Assembly (NCBI RefSeq): GCF_006345805.1
Contig: NC_043004.1
Span: 73,718,001 to 73,782,000, forward strand
DNA from: Octopus sinensis
Taxonomy: Eukaryota
Length of the DNA: 64,000 bases
Reading direction: 5' to 3'
In this document: positions 15,327 through 27,074 of the stretch, piece by piece
How positions within the stretch are numbered: the stretch's first letter is position 1
Layout of the letters: each line of letters starts with the position of its first letter
Translations under genes and position numbers: made by a program
The notes under the pieces: model-generated
The model's input: only the letters and a program-made list of their open reading frames with translations
Databases searched by the model: none
Told to the model about the DNA's origin: nothing

Positions 15327-15420
15327 ATAATGCATATACATATATGTGTGTATGTATACCCATGTATGTATGTGGTGTGCGTGTGTATCAATGTTTGTAT
15401 ATATATATATATATATAATA

Positions 15421-15694
15421 CAGTTCTATTTTTAAGAGATGAGGAATTATGTACATTATTTACATTGTTTACATTTGACGGATATTTGTCTTCATCTTGT
15501 TTGTTGTTAACACGTTTCGGCTGGTATACCCTCCAGCCTTCATCAGGTGTCTTGGGAAAATTTCGAACATCGGTTCTCATTCCTAATGTATTTTTCGATG
15601 TTATTATCATTATTATAATTATTATTATTCAGGTCACTGCTTGGAATCGAACTTGGAATCTTGGGGTTAGTAGCCCGCGCTCTTAACCACTACG
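15421..15694 (-). mobile_element. tRNA-headed SINE with hammerhead-bearing tail (family H)
   Basis: Head GGGCATATGGCGTAGTGGTTAAGAGCG...GTTCGATTCC (A and B boxes), then (AAT)n, then a body containing acacCTGATGAaGGCTG-loop-CAGCCGAAACGT (15510-15550). Confidence 0.8.
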
Positions 15695-15696
15695 CC

Positions 15697-15853
15697 ATAT
15701 GCCCCCAAAATACCTTAGGAATGAGAATCCAGGTTCGAAATTTCCCCAAGACACCTGATGAAGGCTGGAGGGTATATCAGCCGAAACGTTGTGTTAACAG
15801 CAAAGGAGATGAGGACAAATATCCGTCAAATATAAATAATGTAAATAATGTAT
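15697..15853 (+). mobile_element. Inverted copy of the family H tail with an intact minimal hammerhead (15751-15794)
   Basis: acac-CTGATGA-a-GGCTG-gagggtatat-CAGCC-GAAA-C-GTT-gtgt. Stem I acac/gtgt, palindromic ACGT stem III, GUU cleavage site. Confidence 0.85.
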
Positions 15854-15902
15854 GAATATATATGTCATACATATACATATATTTGTGGGTAAATATATAT
15901 AT

Positions 15903-15950
<48 letters not shown>

Positions 15951-15951
<1 letters not shown>

Positions 15952-16443
15952 TATTGTTATATTTCGGAATGGTCATATTGCCAGTTTAGCCAATAAAAAC
16001 ACACGCACTATATATTTGGTGTTATTTTGCTTCAGTGATATTTATTTTTTACATTAATCTTAATCTTATTTCGGCCAAAGTTCTTTCGTCACACTCCTGT
16101 GACCGCATCAGTGGTCCTTTGTTTTCTTCTCACTTACTTGTGTCTCTCCTTACTAACCGTCAGCCATTTTGTATTTTGTATTTCTATTGTATGTCTTCAT
16201 TTGCGCATGCTTATATCTCTATGTGCGTCTATGTTTATTTAGTGTGTGTGTGTGGGGGATGCCTGTAATATTTGTATCTTCTGGTTATATACATTCTTGT
16301 AATTTGTATTTTGTTTTTGTTGTTGTTGCTTTTGTTCTAATTTTGTTCATGTGTTTACATCCACCCATTATTATCATTACATATGCTTGTATGTATGTAT
16401 AACAACAATATTAGTAATAATAATAATAAATCTAATCGAAAAA

Positions 16444-16502
<59 letters not shown>

Positions 16503-17428
16503 CATATATACACACATATACATATATATATATATACACATATACATATATATAGTTATTCATTTCTATTTCTTTAATTATCTGTGTATTTATTATGTTT
16601 GCAGGATCCACTATCGTCATATGTTGTGGTGTGTGCTATTGCTCCATTCTAGTTTTCTATTCAGGCTAGGTTTATTTTCTATTATATGTGTAGCTTCTGT
16701 AATTTGTCTAATTGTTGCATCTGTTCTATGTGTGGACAATATCTTAATCTCTATGTTATTGATTGATCCCCGTGTTCTTGTTCGGCGTGTTGGTACAGAA
16801 TCGATGAGCTTTTACCTTCCTTGAGTTGTCTCCAATGTCATTCACCCGCTCTCCAATGCTTCTTGCTGTTTCCCCTACGTATGTTACTGTCTTGTTACTG
16901 CATCGTCCCTCTATACATCTTATACTATAGACCACATTTCTGGCTTTACAGTTTGTTTGTGGGCTAAATCTACATACAGTGCAATAGTTATCTGTACAGA
17001 GAGTTCTATTAAAAGGATAGGTTCTACCAATTATAGATCTGATAGGGTTGCCTGGCTTTTCAACAACCTTAATTCTTAGTTTAAGTCTATCTAGGGTCCT
17101 TCTAAAGCGGTACGCCAGTTCACCTCCAGGGGTGGTGTCAACGAACATGACACTCTGGTATTTATGGCTATCATACCAAGAGTTGGCCTTCCCTATTTTC
17201 TTTTTTGTCCTTTCTATAGTGTTCCATGACTTGTTCCTATAGAGTGGGCAAATCCCATTCCTATCATTACATAATATATTATCAAATTTCTTCATGGCTC
17301 CTTTGTATACTCTGATCCTTTCTTTATGGCTGTAACCTGAGAACTGCATGCGGTGAATGAAATACTGTATGTGTCTCTTTAATTCTGTAGGGTTGCACAT
17401 GCGTGACACATTTCTCATTATTCTGACG
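15951..17428 (-). mobile_element. Inverted duplicate of the 3' half of the Penelope-like element
   Basis: Near-identical reverse complement of 18419-19914. The translated ORFs differ at only about 2 residues. Confidence 0.95.
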
Positions 17429-17460
17429 CTAGCAATTACAGAATCTCCTACTTCCTCTCA

Positions 17461-19230
17461 ATGATCATACGCCCTATAATCAAGATGTCACCTGATGTGT
17501 GTGACAGCACAGAAGATCTCCTAAGCAGGATCAGTGACTGTAACAAAACTTGTGACTTGACAGGATGTATAGTAGGTAGCATGGATGTGGTATCCCTATA
17601 CCCATCGATTGACGTAGATTTTGCAGTGGAGAAGTGCGTGGAGATGATCAACGAGAGCCAGGTGGAGTTATGTAATGTCGACACAGAAGAACTGGGCCTC
17701 CTACTTAGACTGACATATAATAGTGAATACTTAGATAAACATAATCTTAGTAGTTTCTGCCCCAGTAGATGTTTAAGAGGTAGACCGCCTACAATTACTT
17801 CTATGGCTAGGAAGACACATATAGAAAGATGGCGCGGATGGACCAGAGCCATACGGAGCCCCGCAAATGTCCATCAGGTAAAGAGAATGATCGCACATGC
17901 ACTAGGAGCTAGTATAAGAGTTACCCTAAAAGGCCACACATTTAAATTTAATAATAAAATATATGCCCAGGACGAGGGGGCAGCCATCGGTGTTAGTATC
18001 GCTGGTGATGTGGCCAACCTCTTCATGGTATGGTGGGACAGAAGGCTTAAAGAATGCCTACTGCAGAAATCCATACTCGTAAACATGTACTCTCGCTATG
18101 TTGATGATATCAATATAGTAGTAAAGGCACCCCCACAAGAGAGTAATGTGGATATAGTAATAGAAACTAATACTATGGAGAGCATCCAGCAAATAGCTAA
18201 CTCCATCCACCAGAGTATTAAGGTCACAATAGACTACCCCACTAAACACCCCAACCATAGACTACCAGTACTAGACACTGAACTCTGGCTAGAAATTGTG
18301 AAAAATAAAACCCAAATCCTTCATTCATACTATGCAAAACCTATGGCCTCAAAATACCTGATCCACCGGAACTCAGCCATTGCGGGCAATGCCAAATTCA
18401 AATTTTGATGGCAGACCTCGTCAGAATAATGAGAAATGTGTCACGCATGTGCGAGCCTACAGAATTAAAGAGACACATACAGTATTTCATTCACCGCATG
18501 CAGTTCTCAGGTTACAGCCATAAAGAAAGGATCAGAGTATACAAAGGAGCCATGAAGAAATTTGATAATATATTATGTAATGATAGGAATGGGATTTGCC
18601 CACTCTATAGGAACAAGTCATGGAACACTATAGAAAGGACAAAAAAGAAAATAGGGAAGGCCAACTCTTGGTATGATAGCCATAAATACCAGAGTGTCAT
18701 GTTCGTTGACACCACCCCTGGAGGTGAACTGGCGTACCGCTTTAGAAGGACCCTAGATAGACTTAAACTAAGAATTAAGGTTGTTGAAAAGCCAGGCAAC
18801 CCTATCAGATCTATAATTGGTAGAACCTATCCTTTTAATAGAACTCTCTGTACGGATAACTATTGCACTGTATGTAGATTTAGCCCACAAAAAAACTGTA
18901 AAGCCAGAAATGTGGTCTATAGTATAAGATGTATAGAGGGACGATGCAGTAACAAGACAGTAACATACGTAGGGGAAACAGCAAGAAGCATTGGAGAGCG
19001 GGTGAATGACATTGGAGACAACTCAAGGAAGGTAAAAGCTCATCGATTCTGTACCAACACGCCGAACAAGAACACGGGGATCAATCAATAACATAGAGAT
19101 TAAGATATTGTCCACACATAGAACAGATGCAACAATTAGACAAATTACAGAAGCTACACATATAATAGAAAATAAACCTAGCCTGAATAGAAAACTAGAA
19201 TGGAGCAATAGCACACACCACAACATATGA
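17461..19230 (+). pseudogene. PLE RT-endonuclease reading frame with -1 lesions near 18400 and 19008 (a further shift is likely near 19090)
   Basis: Joins ORFs 17461-18408 and 18405-19091. The 19008 lesion is present in both inverted copies. Confidence 0.85.
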
Positions 19231-19747
19231 CGATAGTGGATCCTGCAAACATAATAAATACACAGATAATTAAAGAAATAGAAATGAATAACTATATATG
19301 TATATGTTATATATATATATATTATATATATATGTATATGTGTGATATATGTTATATATATATATATATATTATATTATATATATATAATATATATATGT
19401 ATATATTATATATATATATTTTTTTTTTCGATTAGATTTATTATTATTATTACTAATTGTTGTTATACATACATACAAGCATATGTAATGATAATAATGG
19501 GTGGATGTAAACACATGAACAAAATTAGAAAAAAGCAACAACAACAAAAACAAAATACAAATTACAAGAATGTATATAACCAGAAGATACAAATATTACA
19601 GGCATCCCCCCCCACACACACACTAAATAAACATAGACGCACATAGAGATATAAGCATGCGCAAATGAAGACATACAATAGAAATACAAAATACAAAATG
19701 GCTGACGGTTAGTAAGGAGAGACACAAGTAAGTGAGAAGAAAACAAA

Positions 19748-19792
19748 GGACCACTGATGCGGTCACAGGAGTGTGACGAAAGAACTTTGGCC
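19748..19792 (+). ncRNA. Variant hammerhead in the PLE pLTR (mirror copy at 16073-16117, minus)
   Basis: ggacca-CTGATGCG-GTCAC-aggagt-GTGAC-GAAA-G-aa-CTT-tggcc. The core reads CUGAUGC instead of CUGAUGA. Confidence 0.6.
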
Positions 19793-19968
19793 GAAATAAG
19801 ATTAAGATTAATGTAAAAAATAAATATCACTGAAGCAAAATAACACCAAATATATAGTGCGTGTGTTTTTATTGGCTAAACTGGCAATATGACCATTCCG
19901 AAATATAACAATATCTGTTTCAACACACGACTTCACATAAAAAATCTTGCACAACAAATATTTAAACG

Positions 19969-20026
<58 letters not shown>

Positions 20027-20029
20027 TAT

Positions 20030-20063
<34 letters not shown>

Positions 20064-20098
20064 ATTTATAATAGGATTAGCTCGTATACGAGTAGGTA

Positions 20099-20898
20099 TA
20101 TATTTGTAAAAAATGAAGTTCGAAAATGCTGCTGTATTATACAATTTTTAATTTTTATATATACATTATAACATGTTTCAGTTCCTGAAATGAACCTTAT
20201 CAAAAAAAGTTATATATAAAAAGAGACAGCTCATGCCGTCAAACACAAGAAATTCATTTATAATACACAACGGAGTCAGACATCTTAGAGTTCATGTATA
20301 GTTGATATATAGTTCATGTATAGTTGATATATAGTTTGAAGTATATGTTCAAAGTGTTCGATGCAGTGGCCCACGTGGCGATACGTATTCAATACAAAAA
20401 ACAGATCAAAGTGGTGGAAAGCGGTCAATACAGAAGATTGATGTTTCCGAAAGAGCGAAGAAGATTGATGTTTCCGAAAGAGCGAGGAATTCACCCAGCG
20501 AACTTCCACCATGGGTCATCACAATTGCTTAAGGTAAAAATGAATTCCTCGCTCTTTCGGAAACATCAATCTTCTGTATTGACCGCTTTCCACCACTTTG
20601 ATCTGTTTTTTGTATTGAATACGTATCGCCACCGTGGGCCACTGCATCGAACACTTTGAACATATACTTCAAACTATATATCAACTATACATGAACTATA
20701 TATCAACTATACATGAACTCTAAGATGTCTGACTCCGTGTGTATTATAAATGAATTTCTTGTGTTTGACGGCATGAGCTGTCTCTTTTTATATATAACTT
20801 TTTTTGATAAGGTTCATTTCAGGAACTGAAACATGTTATAATGTATATATAAAAATTAAAAATTGTATAATACAGCAGCATTTTCGAACTTCATTTTT

Positions 20899-20905
<7 letters not shown>
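20099..20905. mobile_element. ~800 bp palindrome: two ~370-390 bp inverted arms with a 47 bp spacer, pLTR-like
   Basis: Arms 20099-20493 and 20541-20905. Each arm has a degenerate hammerhead tTGATaA-GGTTC-atttcag-GAACT-GAAAC-AT-GTT (20800-20841 plus; ~20165-20205 minus). Confidence 0.85.
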
Positions 20906-20929
<24 letters not shown>

Positions 20930-20937
<8 letters not shown>

Positions 20938-21262
20938 AAAATACAAAATGGGACAAGAACGCAAAACATCCGAACAACTAGATGATACAAAAAGGGACAA
21001 CAAAACATCCAGATGGACAATACAAAAAAAAAAATAAGGACGTGTCATTCGAAGCCTTTTATCTTCAGTCAAAAACCGGATCATCCTCGCATTTTCGGCT
21101 GATTAATCTTGAGTTTGTTCCAATCTGGCCAGCCCCAAGGAAATACTAAGCTAAGAGCATTAGATTCCTTGGAAAAAAAAAGCATCGAATGTATACGAAA
21201 ACAAGGACTGAAATACAGACGATGTTATACGAATATAAATACAAAAATACAATAACAATAAC

Positions 21263-21347
<85 letters not shown>

Positions 21348-21376
21348 TAACAGGACATAACAACAAGCCTCTTTCG
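20930..21376. repeat. Unclassified interspersed repeat family P
   Basis: Homologous to 50480-50835 and to 25055-25185 plus 25789-25860. Confidence 0.75.
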
Positions 21377-21388
21377 ATATATATATAT

Positions 21389-21746
21389 AAGAGCAAAACG
21401 CCCCCCGTCCAATGGACAGTGCTGAGTTCTAAAACATTTAAACCAAATATTCTCAAAACAACTTGTCCGACTGTCCCATAGGCCTCCCCTTTTAGAAACA
21501 CTGATTTAGCCTAAATTGAGACACCAGCAAAAGAAGAAATAAAGATAAGACTTTTTTTCTATTCCAAAGAAGGCTTTATAGATCGCATTCTCACCTGGAA
21601 TTGATTTTTGTAATTCTTCAAGACTTATACACACCCTGATACCGTCGGTATCTACATATCAAATTTGAGCGCAATCGGATGGAGGATGCCCGAGATCCTA
21701 GAAGACACACACACACACACAGACAGATAGATTTTATATAATAGCT
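21389..21746 (-). mobile_element. Non-autonomous Helitron-like element, family Q
   Basis: Minus strand starts tattatataaaa with a (ctgt)(gt)n tract and ends in the hairpin ccgtcca-t-tggac(g)g plus a short tail. It sits in TA repeats. A second copy is at 30208-30573. Confidence 0.65.
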
Positions 21747-22243
21747 ATATACACACACATACATATATGTGTGTGTGTGGAGAGAGAGAAAGAGAGAGGG
21801 GGAAAGCATGTATAAATGTATTCAGACACAGACCAGGAGACGCTTACAGATGTTTCATTAGAAAGAATCAAAGCAGGGAAAAAAGGACAAGGGCAGTAAA
21901 ATGAAAGAAGTAATGATCTCTGACACACACACACACACCACACACACACACCACACACACACAATAGACAATAGTCTGACGATGAGAATTTGTGTGAAAC
22001 ATAAATTTGGGAAAGTACAAGTATTTCTGAATAATTTCAGGTTTTCAGGAGAGAAAAACCTTGATCTTTAGAAATAGGTGTTGTTTTTTGTTGTTGTTGT
22101 TTTTTTTACATCGAAGATGAATGTTTGCATTTAAGGCCCTGCATATATAAAAAGGGACTTGTGTTTGTGTTGTTGTGAATGTCTGTCTGTCTGCCTCTCT
22201 TTGTGTGTATGTGTGTGTGAATATATGTATGTGTATATGCGTT

Positions 22244-22278
<35 letters not shown>

Positions 22279-22547
22279 ACATCCATGTATGTATATATTG
22301 GTGTATAAAGATAAGTAAATGATTACATGACTGTAGAAAGGCTAAAATTATGATATACATATGTGTGTGTTTGTGTGTGTGTGCGTCTGCATGTGAAGGC
22401 ACGTAGCTTAGTGGTCAGGGTATTCGGCACACGATCATAAGACCGTGAGTTCAATCCCGGTTGTCAAGTAATGATGGAGAGACAGAGAGACAAACACACA
22501 CAGACACATACGCGCGCACACACACATGCACACATATATACATATAT

Positions 22548-22710
22548 ATACGGCGGGCTTCTTTCAGTTTATGTTTACCAAATCCTCTCACAAGACTTTG
22601 ATCGGCCCGAGACCATAATAGAAGACACTTGCCCAGGTGCCACAAAGTGGGACTGAACCCAGAGTCATGTGGTTGGGAAACAAACTTCTTTACCACACAA
22701 CCACGCCAGC
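22548..22710 (-). mobile_element. SINE family B, left (tRNA) half
   Basis: Matches the family B head on the reverse strand. Confidence 0.75.
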
Positions 22711-22712
22711 GC

Positions 22713-22745
<33 letters not shown>

Positions 22746-22878
22746 CACACACACATATGACAGAAGTAAATAGATACCCCATAAAACATCGTTTTATGTT
22801 CATTCTAACTTCTAAAGGTTTATATTTTTTATCAGTTGATATTTCTATGTATCAGGTTCTACATGTGTCTGTTTATTC

Positions 22879-23727
22879 ATGCCATGGACAAAAGAAGCCT
22901 TGGAATTGTCTGAATTTCAAAGAGGGTCATTCGTGGGTCATTCTGAAGGTGGAAATAGTCAGCGTAAGATCGCAGAAAACCTTGGGGTCCTGCTTGCTTT
23001 CTACAGTTAATAGAGTGATTGTGCAATTCATAAGAGAAGCGGATGAGTTCACATCACCTCGCCCATGTTGACCAGGGCCCTCTGACAGGGCCCTTGTCTT
23101 TGTTAAGAGAAGTGTGGAGAATACTCATCATTGCAAGGCCTCTGACATGGTATCATTCCCAGAGCAGTTGTCAGATATCTCCACAAACTTGGTTACTATG
23201 GTAGAGTAGCAAGAAGGAAGCCACTTCTTTGACCAGCCAATATCAGGCGGAGAAAAGATTGAGCCAGTGAGATGGCGGAGAGACCACAAGCATTTTGGGA
23301 CACGGCCATATTCTTTGATGAGTCCAGATTTACTGTACTTTCTGACAGTGGTCGAGTGTGGGTCCGGAGACTTTGAGGTCAAGAACTTGATGTGAAAAGA
23401 TTACAGCCAACAATGAAACATAGCAGCTATTCTGTGATGGTCTGGAAAGCAATTTGGAGCAATGGTCTATCAGAGCTGGTGGAGTGTGAGGGAAACATAA
23501 ACTCAGATAAATATATGTCCATATTGCAGAAAGCACTTCTTCCAATCTTCTCAGGTGGTGAAACGATTAAAACAAACTCTTTATTTAAGGAAGATGAGGC
23601 TCCTCGTCACACGGTTAAAATGACCGAAGATTTGTTGGAAGAGAATACCATTAAAAAGCTTGCATGGTCAAGCCTGTCTCCAGATATGAACCCTATTGAA
23701 CACCTCTGGGGCATAATGGACCAGACA
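22879..23727 (+). pseudogene. Tc1-family DD34E transposase pseudogene
   Basis: HTH region (LSEFQRG...[10 protein letters not shown]...STVNRVI), FFDESRF, VMVW, EDEAPRH, SPDMNPIEHLW. There are 34 residues between the second D and E. Stops and frameshifts present. Confidence 0.92.
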
Positions 23728-23810
23728 CGTCTATCTATCTATCTAACTATCTACACACACACACACATACACACACACACACGCACACACACACACACAA
23801 ACACACACAT

Positions 23811-23898
<88 letters not shown>

Positions 23899-24261
23899 TT
23901 GTGTGTGTGTCCTGTTCTTGTCACCATTTTTACCCCTCCGCAAAAAATCCTAAATTTTATTTAATTTGCCTTGCGAGAAGGATTGTTTCAATGAAGTCGT
24001 GTCTTTCCCTTACTTTCGAAGCAGCTGAAGAAGGGGAATATTCCTTGTGTTATATGTCTTGTACTCTGTTTTTTTGTTGTTGTTTGAAAAGTACATTTCC
24101 ATGTTTTTGTTTTTATGTTTTCGTTTTTCGTTGTCTTCTACGTTTGTTTGGTGTCCTGTACCCATATATGCATGTAAATATACATATAGATCTAGGTATG
24201 TACATATATGTATGTATGCATATGTTTTATTTATTAATTTGTTATTATATATATATTTTTT

Positions 24262-25030
24262 TTGTTTCAGCTCAGAGCTGCGGCCATGCTGATGCACCGC
24301 CGTTTTGTGCTACACTGTTATTACGAAGAACCTCGTCTAATATGTGGCACTTGGTGAAGAATGGAGTTTGATATAGCTGCTCTCATTTGCACCTCTTGCC
24401 GTGAGGTAGGTTCATCTGGGACTCTTGACAGGAAGATGTCCAGCTTTGATTTAAAAACCGCTACATCTACTTTGTGCAAGTACCTCAGACTCTTTGGGAA
24501 ATATTAAAAAGCTGTGGCCCTTGAAACCCAGGCTGTTGCAGAAGCTGGTCTGAAGCGTGATGGCATTGCTGGGATCTTTGGCACTATGCAGTGTCGTCCG
24601 TTCTAGCATTGGTGTAGCTTACAATGCCAACATTTGGCACAATTCCTTCCAGGATCTTCCAGACATATATTACTGCATACCTCTCCCGTCTTCTCTTCAG
24701 GGAGTAGAGTCTTAGCTGTTTCAACCTTTCCCAGTAGCTGAGCTGTTGCAAAGAGACGATCTTCTTTGTGAATCTTCTCTGGATTGCTTCAAGGTCCGCT
24801 GTTAATTTTACACTGGTGGGTGACCATAGCTGTGAGCAGTAATCCAGGCGGCTGAGGACGAATGTCCGCCAGAGGACCATCATGGTTTCTTATCTCTGGT
24901 TCTGAATGTTCTTAGGATCCACCTAGCCAGTCGTCTGCACTTTGTCGCCATCCTGGTAATGTGTGCACTTGAAAGAGGTTCATCACTCATGTCGATACCC
25001 AGGTCCCTCACAGACTTAGGCTCTGGATTG
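24262..25030 (-). mobile_element. CR1-group LINE 3' end (ORF2 C-terminus, 3' UTR, terminal hairpin)
   Basis: FVLSRLDYCSQLWSP...LEAIQRRFTK...LSYWERLKQLRLYSLKRRRER. Ends ggcggtgcatcagcatggccgcagctctgagctgaaac followed by an A-rich tail. Confidence 0.92.
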
Positions 25031-25185
25031 AAATTCCCTGTGGACCGGTGTATACCTGTAAGTTTAATATATATGAAGAAAATAAAAAATGCAACAAGAA
25101 CGTAACAGGCGACAACAAAACATCTGGACAGTTAGACAATACAAAAAAAGGACAGGTCATTCGGAGCTTCCTATCCTCAGTCGAG

Positions 25186-25788
25186 GGATCTTTTCCTTTT
25201 GAACGGCAGATGTCAACACAATTTCTAGTTAACTAAACACTTTTAAACTTCGTATACTGGTAGAATGTATTTATAAATCATCATTTTCTCTTGGTTTTAT
25301 TGAGAAAATTCTATAGTTTGTAAGATATTTCGTCTGAAAATCCGAGCATTTCGGCAATTTTAACCAATCGATTACCTCCATTCAACTAAAATCATTTGCT
25401 GCGTCTAAAACTGAGACAGCATCCTGTAACTAACCTTAACCCCCCCCCTAACCCTACCCTAAATTTTTTTTCTAATTGTTAAATTAATTTAATTCCATTG
25501 CTTTAGTTTCTTTACACGCGTAACAATTAAATTATTTAACAATTAAGAAAAAAAAATTAGGGTTGGGGGGGAGGTTGAGAGTTAGTTACAGATTTGTCTC
25601 GGTTTTAGACGCAGCAAATGATTTTAGCTCAAAAGAGAGCATAGGATTGGTTAAAATTCGAAAAATCAACTACGTTAAACAACAAATTACAATTTTCTCA
25701 AGAAAGCCAAGAGAAAAAAATTTTTTATTTTGACCCATTCTACCAGTATACGAAGTTTTAAAGTGTTAAGTTACTAGAAATTGTCTGC
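25186..25788. mobile_element. Foldback MITE-like element nested in a family P repeat
   Basis: Multi-segment inverted arms (e.g. aaacttcgtatactggtagaatg / cattctaccagtatacgaagttt). Flanked by the direct repeat cagtcgag at 25178-25185 and 25789-25796. Confidence 0.8.
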
Positions 25789-26056
25789 CAGTCGAGTTCC
25801 AGATCGTTTGCAGTTTCGACCGGTTACACTCGAGACTGCTACATTCTGGCCCGCCAGATATATATAAATAGATATATATAATATATATATTATATATATA
25901 TATTATATATATATGGGGTCTATATATGCATACATGCGCGGGAGTTGGGTGAGCTAATGTACCCACAAATATTTGATCACTAAAACAATACATCTGTGCA
26001 GCTTGTTCACAAAGAAATTTAAGGCCTTCATCTGTCCTTTTCGATAAGGGAGTCCA

Positions 26057-26108
<52 letters not shown>

Positions 26109-26665
26109 TATATTGTATTACATAATATTTGTGTGTATACTTTATTTATCTATACAAATATTCAATAGTTAGATACACACCCGATACACAGGTAAACAAT
26201 TCACAGCGGAAATAATAAGGAAAAAAAATCAATTAATGAAAAGGAAAAGAAACCATGGGACACGCACCCAATCACGCGTACATACACACACGCTTTCTTC
26301 TCTCTCATCTCTCTCTCTCTCTCTCTCTCTCTCTTCACCCACCACCCACACCTAACAAGTGAAGGGCAAGTACAAGAGTTCAAAGTTATGTTTGGTGAAA
26401 TATCAGTTTAGCTATGTCGTTGATAGGAGGGGCCCTTTTTTATATTACTTTCGCTGAAGTGGATAAAAGGGAGGCAATGATATCATTTAAACGCTGATAT
26501 TATTTTTTCAGACATTAGTTTCCAAAGAAATATCGACCCCAAAACTAACTGTGGTTCCTTCCTTCTCAACCCTTTGCCCACACGTCCCTCTTAATTTCCT
26601 CCATTCTCTATAACTGCCTTTCTCTATGGTGGTTTGATTACCCTTTATCTCTCCCTCTTTGTGTT

Positions 26666-26719
<54 letters not shown>

Positions 26720-27074
26720 TGGATCGATAAGTACGTATAGATACAGATATATCGTTCTGTGTTTTTCACTTGACGCGGATACATATATGCATGTGTGTCT
26801 GTGTATGTATATGAATGAGGAAGATAAGCACACGATACAATTTATACCATCTGTTCTCTACGTCCATTTTGTCTTTGTAGTTATTTGTATGCTCTGAATT
26901 CAGTGTTCATAGAGCAATTGAACGCTGCTCCACAACAGTTCTTCAAGGAGAACACTTTATTACATTACGTTTCCACAGAGCAATGCTTGAAGTTGATCAG
27001 ATAGCAATGTACACATGTATTATACATACATACATACAACATACATACATACATACATACATACATACATACAT

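Larger units (their letters stand above)
17429..19914 (+). mobile_element. 5'-truncated Penelope-like retroelement (Neptune-like), RT plus GIY-YIG
   Basis: RT motifs GSMDVVSLYPSID, GAAIGVSIAG, YSRYVDDI. Cys-rich linker CTDNYCTVC. GIY-YIG NVVYSIRC...YVGETARSIGERV. The C-terminus (HWRQLK...EATHIIENKPSLN) is recovered after a frameshift near 19008, and the stop is at about 19230. Confidence 0.93.

Noticed and set aside
15630-15694. Apparent tRNA gene (also the heads at 27310-27385 and 61010-61080)
   Set aside because: No proper acceptor stem, and each continues into a repeat body, so these are SINE heads.
21035-21072. Hammerhead-like CTGA(A/G)GA...GAA motif on the minus strand of family P (also ~25150-25182 and ~50588-50620)
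   Set aside because: Position 15.1 is U rather than A, stem II pairing is inconsistent between copies, and no stem I can be formed.
25430-25590. Telomere-like ccctaa/ttaggg motifs
   Set aside because: Only one or two imperfect units, forming part of the MITE inverted arms. Not an interstitial telomere array.
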